Source of the DNA: Vitrella brassicaformis CCMP3155
Lineage: Eukaryota > Protista > Chromerida
NCBI GenBank assembly: GCA_001179505.1
Contig: CDMY01000635.1
Location: 1-64,000, forward strand
Length of the DNA stretch: 64,000 nt
Reading direction: 5' to 3'
The position numbers and the translations under genes were made by a program. The notes beneath the pieces were generated by a model. The model ran no database searches, was not told the origin of the DNA, and saw only the letters and a list, made by a program, of their open reading frames with translations. Shown in pieces: positions 9,595 through 21,800 of this stretch. Numbering within the stretch: position 1 is the stretch's first letter; each line of letters begins with the position of its first letter.

Positions 9595-11947
9595 TTACTC
9601 ATCTATGGGTCCGAAGAAGGCCCCCTGGTTGGCTTGTTTGGTCTGTCGCTGCCTGTTGCGCGAGACGTACCGGACCTTCTCGCTCTTGCGCCAGTCGGTG
9701 CAGAACCCGTCGTGGCTCTGAGAGAGAGGGACAAAAGGACCGAGACCATAGAGGGACATGCCATGGGGGTGGGTGGTGCCTGGCTTGTCAGCTGACCTCT
9801 TCGAAGACAGCAGGTGCCCCGAATCCGTTGTCGGCGCCCTCCACGTCCTCCATACGAATTAGTGCACGCACCACCGGGTTGTCCTGACACGACAGACACA
9901 CAACACAGCCAACATTGCACACGCCAAGCAAGTGCTGCTGATGCACTTGTGCATGGCGGCCTAGCTTCCCGCCGCACTGGCCACGGATGTATGTACCCAC
10001 CTGCATGTGTGGCAGCATGCCTCCCTGCAGGAAGCTCTTGAGCAACTCATACCGACAAATGGCACTCCACGTGGCGATCTGCATGAGCACAGCACGCCAC
10101 ACATGAAACCCGTCTAACTGTCAGTACGCGTGTGTGCGTGTGCATGTGCAGCCCACCTGCAGTTCTTTCCTGCGGCTGCCCATGTAGAACTTGAATGGAC
10201 TGCACGAACCAGTCTGCAGGCCAGCCAAATCGACAGCAGAGACAGAGAGAGAGCATACGTGTCTGTCTGTTGGTCTCTGCGCATGCACCTCTGCCACTTC
10301 TAGTATCTGCCTAAATGTTGCGCGCTGCTCCTTCAACTCGTCCTTGGTCAGCCCCCGGGTGCGCTGGGTGTTGCTGCCGCCCAGCTGACGCAACAACGCC
10401 ATCTCCTCACTACGCACCGCCTCCTGAGCCGCAGAGAGACCAACACAACAAATGTAGACAGAGACACACACGGGCAATGGATGGATGGGGGGGTGGGTGG
10501 AGGCGGCAGCGGATTTTGACTGACCAGCTCCTGGAGGGTTGTATCTGAGTCCTCCGCCCTCCACTTGGCCTCCAACATCAGCGCCAGCGACGACCCAGCC
10601 TGCAGTGGACACACCGGACACAGAGGGACGGAGGGATGCCATGAGTTCAAGGACAGTCATGGAGGGTCTGCGCTGCAGGTGTGTTCGCCTACCGTGCTGC
10701 GCAGGTCGACGCTCTGGCCGTGCAGGCCACGAAACGCCAAATCCCACAGGTCGGATGCAGGACTGAACAGCACCATGACACCAGAAGAAACAGTCGACAG
10801 GCGATGATGCGACAGACATCACCATGGGTATGCGTACCTCTGTGTGATGTCAGCGAGGTCCCGTGGCGGCTGCAGGGAGGAGAGCAACGTCCACCCATCC
10901 AGAATGCCCTCGCACTGAACCGACTCAGAATCGCCCTCCTTCTCCTGACATTACCACCACCACCACCAGCCAACCGCTCATTTGGGCCCGCGTCAAATGG
11001 AATGGCATGTGATTAGCTCATGTGTTTCCCTCCCTCCCTCACCGTCTTTGATAGGTCGATGTGTGCCGCCCGTGCGCGCATCCACTCGACCATCTCATGC
11101 ACCTTGGTATCGTCATCGCACCCTAGGAACGCCATGAGGGCCAGGACTGTTGCTATGCGGCTCTTGACCTGAGGGCTTCGCTGGCTGGCGTAGCTGCGCT
11201 GCACGTTGCCGACGCAGTACTGAAACCAACACACAACACAGCGAATGGGTGAGGGCGGGGATGGATGATGGGAGTAGGCTTTTGCTATGCCTACTTCGTA
11301 TTGGCCCGCAGAGAGGGCCGGCGATCCCAGAGTAATCAGCACCACACCCAACACGTCACACGCCAACACAGCTGGCCCCAGGAGCAACACAAACACACGC
11401 AATCCATCCTCTCATCGTCTCCTTCATGCTTCCTCCCCTCTCTCCCTGCCTCCCAACCTCACCTTCTTTGGCGTCCCCCTTCTTGATGCACCCGCACAGC
11501 CGACTGAGGATGGTCTCTGTGCATCCCGACACCACCTCATCGGCATACTCCTTACGCAGCAGCTTCAGGGCGCCATCCAGCGCCGCTATCCGAGTGCTGC
11601 CCCGTTTGGCCGCCAGCTGCTCCAGGAGCTCCTCAAAGCTGCCCGCTGAGCCAGTGGTCGACTCCTCGGCGCGAGGGGGTGAGGCGTCTGAGGGAGCCGC
11701 GGTGTCCCTGGTCTTGCTGAAGAAGCCAAACTCGGATGGCTCCTCGTCCTCGAACTGCCCTCCCATCGCCCCAATCGTCCTCTCGGTCCTCTCGGAGCTG
11801 CATATTCGCACACACGAAGGCAAGAGATGGGGGAGGTCCCGGCTTTGCGACTGGGCCTTGGTAGGCGTACCAGTAGGTGCTATCGCTCAGGTAGTCGGTG
11901 TCATTCTGCTGTGGCGTCCGTTGGCGCTTGGGCTTGCCCTTCGGCAT
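9595..11947 (-). CDS. IFRD: Interferon-related developmental regulator (IFRD) family protein
   Basis: Starts MPKGKPKR. Contains EELLEQLAAKRGSTRIAALDGALKLL...TILSRLCGCIKKG, GWTLLSSL, VDLRST|AGSSLALMLE, KDELKEQRATFRQILE, YELLKSFLQGGMLPHMQ|DNPVVRAL. Basic C-terminus ends with TAA at 9595. These match IFRD N- and C-terminal domain motifs. Confidence 0.85.
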
Positions 11948-12142
11948 TGTGCCGCACTATCCTCACAAAGCACGTCCAACTAACACAACCACATGGTCTC
12001 TCCTATGCCTCCTGCTCATGCAAACCGTCGCTCGTTTTTTTCAAGCCAGCCAAGCTCGCAGAGGAGATCGCGGGAAGTGGCAGACTCTCTGCCCGCCGTC
12101 AGTCGCAGTGACCGACACAACGGTGACAAAAAGAAGGCAAGG

Positions 12143-14751
12143 ATGGTTGCGTTCCCTCTTGAATCGTTTGCCAGCGTGAGCTGTCGCCGCCAACACGTCA
12201 AGGCCATCGTTGCACATCCAGGAGGTGACCTCTTGGCTGTGTACAACCATGGTGTCCTCCGCATATCGGCCGACAATGAGGCCACCCCTCTTGCTGGCGG
12301 TGACAGGCCTGGCTCGGCAGGTCGGTGAGGGGCAGTCTGGGAGGGAAGGAGGGAGGGAGGGACCCGAACGGGAAGGCATTCGTACATGGTTGTGTTTCAA
12401 TGTCTGTCTGTGCAGATGGCTCTGGGACTGAGGCGAGGTTCACGGCTCCATCGAGCATCGCAGTTGCCCACGATGGGAAGGTGCTGGTGACCACCACGGA
12501 ACCGCCCCGAGGTGCCCTGAGGGTGTTGTCGGTGGATGAGGGTGTGACGACGACGACAGTGAGGGCCGCCACCGGAGGGCTGGCCATCCACAAAGGTAAG
12601 GAAGGATGTAGGCAGTACACAGACACACAAGCAGGCAGGAAGGATAGATAAGTCGGTCACTGATGGGTGAGTGGGTGTATGTGTCGGGGGCTCAGTTGTC
12701 GAGGCCATGGTGGTCATTCGTCCTCGCAGGACATCAGTGTCGAGCATTTTCGCGGACCGTGTCGTCCTCAAGTCCTCCGACGGCAGCCTTTACCTGTCCT
12801 CCTGGAATGGTGAGCGTCAAGACAGTCAGTGATCCCTGTCAGTCATACACATGACTTGACTGCTATGGCCTGGTCTCTGCTTAGGGTCGGCGCCGACTGA
12901 GCCCATCATGGTTCGGGACGGCGTGTCTGTGCGTCTGCCCGCATCCGACACTGACCACAAGGGCCGCATTATCTTCCTCGACGACCAGGGGAGACTGATG
13001 GCCGGCACTCTCATGCGCGACGCAAGGGACGGCGGCCTGCACTTCCGCCTCGACACACTCGCCCAACGATCCCAACTGGCGGCCGCAGGCGTCGACACTG
13101 CACATATGGCCATACCGTCAAGTGGCCCCGGGTCGCGGCCCAGCACGAGTCGGTGGGTGAGCGAGGCGATAGTGCTGGGGAAGAGCGGCGAGGCAGTGTA
13201 CTTGGTGAGCAGCCAGCAGGAGACCCTCTGGCGGGTGGACTTGCGTGACAACATCCCCGCGTCCCACCGGGTGCTCGCCCTGTTGGATCTGCCGCAGCGG
13301 CTCAACCTGCCGTCGATGAATGTGCACCTGACCGTCAACTCGGCCAGCGGCGACATTTTCCTCGCTGCAGTGCACCGCGAGGACGGGTCGTGCGCCATTC
13401 ACCGCATCAAGGAGGACGCCCAATGCGGCGCGTCATGCGACGTCGAGGGGCCGACGTCCTTCATGGAGAAGATGCTGACGAGTGGGCCCTTCAGTGACGT
13501 CCGCTTTGTGCTCAACAACGGCGGGGAGCTGCACGCACACCGCTCTGTGCTGGCGCTGAGAAGTGACTACTTCGCTCGCATGTTCACCAGCGGTGAGTGA
13601 GGTGGTGGGTCTTCACACGAGCGCATGGAGTGGCCGTTTGTGTCGTTTGTGTGTTGGTGTAGGGTTCTGCGAGGGTCAGGGCGACGAGACCGTCATCGAG
13701 ATCACGGAGAGCAGGCCAGCCGTCGAGTCCCTGCTACGCTTCATGTACAAGGGGACCCTCGAGCTCTCAGCCCCCGACGCACACCCAGACGCGCCGTCAG
13801 CCGATGTGTTCGAGGTGTACTGCCTGGCCCACCGGTATGACCTCAAGGGCCTCATGACGCTGTGCCTCAACTACATCCGCCACCGGTTCAACAAACACGA
13901 GGTACTGCAGCCACGTGGGCTGCATGTCGACGAATTTAATTCGGAGGGCGACGCGGCCATGGGGAGCCAGCATGACGTGTTCCCCCGCCCCTGCCCGACG
14001 GCCTGCCGTGAGTGGATCGCTGGTGGCAGGAGGGAGAGGCATCACGAGCAGGACAAAGGGGACCCATTCGGCGAAGCTGTTGACCTGTAAGTCAGGAACG
14101 GCCCTACTCACGAAGAGGCGAGACAGCGCCCTGTGCTGGTGTTTTGCCTTGGCCGCCCTCAGGTGTCTGCGTGCGCACCAGCATGGGTTTGATGAGATAG
14201 TGGAGTTCTTCGTCAAGTGGCTCCATCGTCACTTCTCCCGCGTCCCCGAGGCGGCCTTTGAGCGTCTACAGGCAGCGCCATCCGTGCTGCTGCAGCTCAT
14301 CAAGCGGCTTCAGAACCAGCCGAAGCCGCTACACACACACCACAGCAGCACCAGCAGCCGCCACTGGTCCGCAACCTCCCCTGGAGCCTGGCGGCCGTCT
14401 CTGCCGACTGGCAGCCACCGCAGGGCTTCCAACAACGAGATGATGCCACCATTGCGGCCGTTCCGTGCCGACCAACTGGGCGATGATGACGACGAGAGCG
14501 CCCCCATGGTGCGGACTTCGCGGACGCTGCGGCGTGTGAGGCCGTCCTCCTCGCTGTCTTCATCGGACGTGTCGCCTACCAACAGCAATGTATGGGTGTC
14601 GGGTCCGTCTGCTGATCTCTTTGTGGGTGTCGGCATGGGGCTGGGGAACGCTGGCGGGCAGCCGCAGGGGCGGCCGAGGTCTGCCAGGGAGAGGGGGGGC
14701 GGGGATGAGGACCGAGACGAGTCGGTGTCATCACGCAGAGCCGACATGTGA
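12143..14751 (+). CDS. NHL-repeat/beta-propeller + BTB/POZ (+BACK-like) protein
   Basis: NHL motif DGSGTEARFTAPSSIAVAHDG (~12417). BTB motif FSDVRFVL...LHAHRSVLALRSDYFARMF|...AVESLLRFMYKG...EVYCLAHRYDLKGLMTLC (13490-13900). BACK-like helices follow after the intron at 14088-14162. Exons chain in phase. Confidence 0.85.
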
Positions 14752-15273
14752 GGCAAAGGAGGAGAGGTCGACCTCACCAGGCGGAAACGGTCGGCCTTTT
14801 CTTCCGCAACTTTTTGGACAGCGGTGACTGTGGCTGGTGTTCTGTGAAAGTGTGTGACGTGTACTGAGGGAGGGGATGGAACAAGGTGGGCCGTCAGCCC
14901 CCCTGACACCGATGCGTTGCCGGCGTTGCTGGTGGGGCTCTCGTCTGTGCTGTGCTGATGCCGAACTTTCCCTCGCAGTAAGTAGCGTCGCTACTGGACC
15001 AGTGTGTCTGCAAGCACGGAGAGGGATGGGTAGCAGAGGGACAGAATGACAGGCCCTCTCCGTGGGCTACTCCATGGGCTTTGGTGGACGCAGATTGCAT
15101 GCAAATGTGATGGATGCATATATGTGTGGATGGGATGACTCACACACAGGTGCAATGTCAGTCATCGGCATAGTGTCAGGACAAATACACACGTGACACC
15201 ACACAGACCAAGTAAGTCGCCTCTCACAAATCACCCATCGTACAGGACGCACCAGTCCCACACGCAAAAACCC

Positions 15274-18200
15274 TCATGTGGGCGGCCTTTCATCCTCATC
15301 GCCGTCGTTGGCCGCCTGGTCCGCCCAGAAGACGATGCTCCCATCGCGGTGTGCCGTGATGAGCTTGCCGAATCGCCATGTCAGCGAAGTCACCTGCCCG
15401 ACCGACGGCACCTTGCGAGTCGCGTACGGCTGAAGAACGGAAGACAACGACACGCATCAATGAAGGCAGCCAGGCGGCCACACCGCATGTGCCATACACA
15501 CTCACTTGTCCGCTGAGTGCATTCCAGAAGACCAGCTCGTCCCCATCGCCCCACGGAGACACTGAGACAGACGAAGACACAACAAGAGATGAGTGAGGGT
15601 CAGGCCATGCATCCCGCTGTGTGTGTTGTGTGTGTGGTGTACCGATCCAGGCGCTGTCTGGCGACATGACGGGCGCCGGCTTGCGATATCCCGACCGGCC
15701 CCCCTGAGGCTCACCAAGCTGCTTCATCACACGAAACATGCGATCGTTCGACATCTTCACCACACACCCACACACACACACACAAAACAGCGACATGAAC
15801 TACCCAGGAAGGATGGTTTCCCGTGCGCACAGTCTACTGACATGGACGGAGTTGTCTTTGGCGCAGCTGACGATGTACTCGCCGTCGGGCGAATACTCAA
15901 TGCCAACCAACTGCAGGCGCAGACAGACACAGAGAGAGAGGCGTGAAGTGAAAGACGACAGGAGTGACTCCCATGCACTAGATCTCTCATCTGGCGGTTG
16001 TAACGTTACCTCGTCTTCATGTGCCTGCATGGACTCCACCTGCTGACCTGCACAACACACAAACAACACAAACCACGTGTCTGCCGCCACTTGCCTTGCC
16101 TGCCTGCCTTGGTATCTCTCTTGCTTTGCGTGCGTACAGTCGTCGCCCCTGAGAGTCCACTTGATGATGTGCCCGTCGCGGTGGCCGGTCACCAGACAGT
16201 CCGACTGGTGCGGGTGGAGGGACGCACAAGTTATCATCGAGATGGCATGCGCCTGAATTGATAGATAGAAGGGGGTTGGACAGAAGGTGGAGCATCACAG
16301 TGGCTTGCGGGTGCACTGACGGTTTTGACGCAGACGGATCTGTGTATGTTCCATATCTTGATGGTCTTGTCCGCACTCGCACTGTAGGCCTGACGCACAC
16401 GAGGACAAAAGACAGACGCACGAGTGAGAGCAGTGGAGGCAGCAGCACAGAGTCTGCTCCACTATGGGCCACCTTGAATGGGCTGTTGAGTGTGGTGTAG
16501 CCGCAGCGCAAGATCTTCTGCGCATGACCTTTCATTGTGCACTGAGACCGCTGCGCAATACATACATACACGGCGACAGACAGACAGACAGACAGACAGC
16601 CATGGGTGGACACATGGCCGCCTGGCCTGGTTATGTCAACCGAAGAAGCTAAGCTCACTTGTCTGAACAGGTGCACGTGTTGTATGGAGTTGTCGGTTGC
16701 GGCTGCCAAGCACCAGGTGTTGTCGGATGACAGGCCCACGCTGCTGACGCCAAAGCGGCTCGACAAAGCAGGGAAACTGTACAAGGTCGACTCTGATACA
16801 CACAAACAGACTTGCGTCCGCATATGACACGAGGACGGCTGGCAATGCTGCCTGTCTGGTCAACCAGTCTGGCCACTCACTGACCGTGTCTGGCGTCGAT
16901 GCAAGCGAGGTATCCGTCCACACTGCCCGTGAGCAGCAGCTGCTGGGGCGTCTGGTGGGGGCAGTAGTTGGTGTCCAGCGCCTCTATCGACCCTGTGTGG
17001 CAGCGCACACTCCGACCTGCCATCTTGGGCACCTGCGCACACACATATGAAGATTACTCCTAGGGTAAAACCATGCCCGTCCCGTCCCGTCCCGTCCCGT
17101 CATTCATCACTGCTTGCTTTGTGTGTGCCTGGCCTGCCCTGCCTACACTGATTCGTGGCATGTTGATGGGTCCGAGTATCTCAGAGAAGTCCACCGGCTG
17201 CTTGGCGCTGGCCGGGCTCCTCACGCCCACGGCCCCTACGTGTGTGGACCGCCTGGCCACCTCTATCGGCTGGCTGCCCTTGGCCGCTACTGCGGCCACA
17301 CCCTCGGCAGCGTTGCGCTGCAGCTCTTCCTGGTGCGTCCGCATGATCTCGTTGAGCATCTGATTCATCTCGTTCATCTTCTCGGCCTGATGACAAGACG
17401 GGACAAAACGGGACAGAGAGAATGCACCTGAGTGGTGTGGACGGGCGGGCTGGCTGGCTGGGTGTGTACCTCGTGTTCTTTGAGGTGCAGCAGGTCGGTG
17501 ATGAGCCGCTCGTTTTCATTCACCTTGGCATCAAGCTGCCTGGCGATCAAAACACAATAACATCGTGGTTGTCTGTACCGTACCGGATGGTCAGCATAGC
17601 ATGCATACTGTCCGCACTTTTGCAGTTCGTTTCGCTGCTCCTGCAGGGCTTCATGCTCTGTCTGCAGCACCTGATACGTGTCCAGCAAAGTCCTGTACTC
17701 GGACATCTGCACGCACAACCACGGGAGGACTGCTGTGAGATCTACCTAATGGATGTCCTCTCCTGTGTCCGTTTGTGCTGACCTTGGTTTCGATTTGTGC
17801 GTCCCTGTCTTTGAGCTCATCCTCCCTGTCCTTCAGCAGCTGCTTCGTCGCCGCTTGCTCCATCTCGATGCGAGCCAACTGACGGACACAAATGCCGTTG
17901 ACAGACACGGTATGGCTCATTTGTTGAGCACGAATCACTCATCGTGCGCGTGCCTTGTTTCGCAGGTTGGTGAGCTCTTCGACGACGCTTTTCTTCTCTC
18001 TATAGTTGTGTGTGAGCTGTTCGTGCAGGAGCTGGATCTTGTCATTGAGCACCCTTGGGTCCTCTCCCCTCCCGCCCTCCGACGCCTCACCATCGCCCTC
18101 TCCAAGCGGGAATCCCCACGGACCCAACGTGGGAGCTTCCTTCAGCTGCTGGTCTGCAGTCCGTCACAAGCATACAAAACACAAACACACACCATACCAA

Positions 18201-18476
18201 TCCCAATGAGGAGCCAGTCATTGGTGTGGTTGGCTTACATGCTTTCATGAGATCTTTGAAGCAATCCATCTGTGTCCTGTCCCTCTCCCTGACTTTGGCC
18301 ATGAAGTCTATCCGCCACGGAGCATCTTTCCAATGCTCCTCCTCCCCTGCTTCCTCAGCAACAGGACGATCTGGCGCTGCCGATGCCGCTGTTGCTGGTG
18401 ATGGCTGAGGGCTACTCGGAGCTTCTGGAGAGCTCGCCGCTGCTGCTGCCGTGTCCTCCTCAGAGATCTCTGCCAT
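15274..18476 (-). CDS. ATG16L: ATG16L-type autophagy protein (ATG5-binding helix, coiled coil, WD40 repeats)
   Basis: N-terminal WRIDFMAKVRERDRTQMDCFKDLMKA; coiled-coil exons ending ...LLHLKEHE|AEKMNEMN; then WD40 repeats (LLTGSVDG, MKGHAQKI...SASADKTIKIWN, LVTGHRDGHIIKW, IEYSPDGEYIVSCAKDNSV, LITAHRDGSIVFW). TGA at 15274. The start codon could lie further upstream. Confidence 0.8.
17076..17100 (+). repeat. (CCCGT)5 microsatellite in an ATG16L intron
   Basis: Seen directly. Representative of many intronic CA/GT, GGAT, GACA, CCAGA and GTGCC tracts across the window. Confidence 0.9.
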
Positions 18477-18801
18477 CTCCAGCCTGTTTCTGCGAGCTTG
18501 GGGGCGTTTCTTCTTGGACTTTCTCCCCCCTCGTACATGGCGGTCTATCCCCTCATCCCCCACACGAACACAGCGGGCCCCATCTCCTTCGATCGGATGC
18601 AAACAGAGTCAGCGTCACGGCCATTTGTTCATCGCTATGTCACTGAGTCGTTCTTGACGAAATCATTTGAGCAGAAAATGAGGCACTCGGTTGTGGAGTT
18701 CGCGGTCCCGCCAGCGCGGGAAAACAGAGCTCGTGTAGGCAAAACGCAAACGCTTCCTTATTTCCGTTGGTTCGTTCGTTTTGCTCGTGCAGTCATGTTC
18801 G

Positions 18802-21800
18802 ATGGTTACTTCTCGTCGTGAGCTGAGGGCCATCACGCCGACCAAGTCCTTGCCGCCGAAGAGCCCTCAACTGAAGGGCATACTGGCAAGGAAGGCGCTC
18901 GGCACCGCAACGGATGATGAATATGCTGAGGAACTGGACATCAACACAGCCGCAGGGACAGAGAAGAAAATTGCGGCTCTCGGCCCGCAGATCAGTGACC
19001 TCACGGAGGCACAGCTCAACAGCGATTACCTTCTCAAGAAGCAGAAGTCGCTCGTCAACAAGATGCCATACGGAAGCCTCCTTATCTCCCTCTTCGCGCT
19101 GGCTGGCGTCGTGAGCCAATACGTCTTCTCTAGCGCGAAGGACGGCGAGCTGTCGACGAGGGACTTGGCTGGGGTCAGCGTGGCTCTGAGGGCGGTCTTC
19201 TGGTCGCTGGGAGCCCAGGCAGTCATCGGTCTGGCTCTCTTTGTCTTCAGCGTGGCCGCCTCGAAGCGAGAACGGCTGCGACCGGTGGGCGACTATTGCT
19301 TGGGCGGTGGGCTGCTGGGGATATTTCTCTTGACGGGCATGTTCGGTGACTGTCGTCGGGCGGCCGTCTTTATCAATCGTCAAAGCTGCAGTAGCCTACG
19401 GGAAGAGGTGAGAGCCAGGCAGGCAGAGGGGCATGACTGCTACGATACGATCTTAAGTAAACGGATGTGGTTTATGTGCAGCGGTATTGGATATTTGACA
19501 GCTATGTGTTGGGCTGGATGCTATCGCTTGTCACTGCATCGTGCACTCTTCTGCCCATGCGGTAGGGACGAGAACGAGACACAACTCGTAATCTAGTGTG
19601 TCTCCCGCACTTGTCGTCACGCAGTAACCGGGTAGCGGCCTTCATTGGTGTGAGCTCGATCACGTGCTATTTCATCACAACCTGGGTGGTCTTCATCACA
19701 CGATCATTCGGCGGGGGCTTCGCCATCCTCGCTCTCAACTCCTCCCTGTTGGCTGTCTCCGTCTGCCTAACACTCGTCGGCCGCCGTAAAGCTGAGCGGC
19801 AGGACGAATTCAATTTCAGGCGGATTTGCAAACAAGAGGTCTGGTCACAGCACATGTACGTGAACAGACAGCGAGGCGTCCGTATGTGGCAATGAGCTGG
19901 TGCTTCTCTGCTGTGCGTGGTCTCTTCTTTCAGCACGACATTATTATGCTGTCTCGTCACCTGAACAATCTGGAGGAAACCTTTTTGTCTCCGACGACCA
20001 AAAAGGATCGCGCCTCGACTGTTTACGAAGTCCACATGGATAAACTTCGGAAGGTAAAAGTGTACATATCCATTGGACAAGCAGTCAATGACCAGAGAGA
20101 GCCTGGTCTCTGCGTGTGTCGTTCAGATAATGAAGCGGCTTGAAAGCCTTGCGCATGTGATGGAGGCACTGGAGAATCAGCACCTGGACGCCCTCGACAA
20201 TGACATTAACGCCAGCGCCCGCAGCATTGCGCCCCTGTTTCCCTCCCTCACAAACGATCCTCTTCCCAGTACGTCGTCTGCCTTCACCGGGAGCAGCAGC
20301 GGCAGGATGAAGGACGTCAAAATGAAGGAAGGTGCGAAGAGCTCTCCCATTCCATCAAGAAGGCACTGGATGTCGTGGAAAGAGTGGCTCAGAGTCAATG
20401 CTGAGAAGATCAGGCCCTCCAAGAAATTAAGACGAGTCGACAAGAATAGGGCATTCAAGCTCCAGTACAAGAAGGTGTGGAGGTGAACGATGGGTACTGA
20501 GACAGTTGCCAACTGACATAATTCCAGCCGATGGGGATCTGTTGTGCAGACGGTGTTTGAGCTCCAGCAGTTGGGTCAGCAGATGAAGCTGTCGCTGGCC
20601 GCATTATCACACATCGACACAATCATGGACGTCAAAATCAGCCCGGCACAGGCAAGCACTCCAGTGACAGAGTGTGTGAATGACACTCGATCGAGATTCA
20701 CGTGGCTGTTGTGTTGTACGTACGTAAACAGGGTGTGAGCGGTTCCGACCCGTCGAGCGACGACCCGTATATCATGGATTGGGTTGCCACCAACTTCATG
20801 CGCAGAGAGGGGCAAGACTACCTCAACACAAGCAAACGATCGCTACGGAGGGCGTCCATCGCAAGTCAGACACTCACCCACCCACCCAACCAGCTACCAC
20901 GAACCAAAGAATCAAATGAAGACATCTTGGCCGTGCCTGTGTCTTTCCTTTTTTCCAGCAACGGACAGCACGTTAGCGCAGCACGGTGGTCCCGTAGGTA
21001 GGAAGCAACTCAGTCACCGATTGAGTATACTCTTCCCATGAGACTTTGTCTCTGCTTCAGTTTTCGGTGTGAGTTTCGCCGTTACGGCCAACCATAGCTC
21101 TGCGCCGGCGGGCCAGGCCGCCGAGACAGCTGACGTTACCGGGGGAATGCTGCAAAAGATGCCCTCGACCAAGCATCTGGTCCCTCTCAGAAACGAAGCG
21201 CGCCAGGCACCGGAGTCGGCAGAAAAGCGGCTCGAGACACAGCAAAATAGAGAGGAGAGGGTGCCCGCGGCTCAGCAGCTGCAGGGCGTGCGCACGCCGA
21301 TGTCAGACAACTATGCTCCCACGGTCAACTCCCAGGCAGTACGTGCTGTCCGTCGTGCCCTCCTGCGCCAGCTGCAAGAGACGCCCAAGTTGGCCAGAGA
21401 CCCCGCCATGTCCGTTCCCCGGGCACAGACCGAAGGCGTCTTCCGGCGGGGCTCTGCCCCTGATGCACGCCAGAGTGAAGCTATGATCCCCAACAACCAG
21501 AATGACAACCACATCGGCAACCACCCACCGCATCCGAGACGGCACTCCAATCCAAGGGAGTCTGTCGCGGACTCTTCAGCGGTCGAGGTGATTGTGGACC
21601 ATACTCCCACGCCGGTGCGTCATCGAACAGAGCAGGCCACGCCTCCACAGCCGTCAAAAGCCGGGCAGAAGCTGGCGGTCCGCGCAGTGTGGAACCCCTT
21701 TCGTCGGTCGCCCCCTCCCTCCCCCTACGCCCATTCCGACTCGTCATTACCAGCCACAAGCAGCCCTCTGACGTTCCTGCGCACGCGTCTCTTTCGCGGA

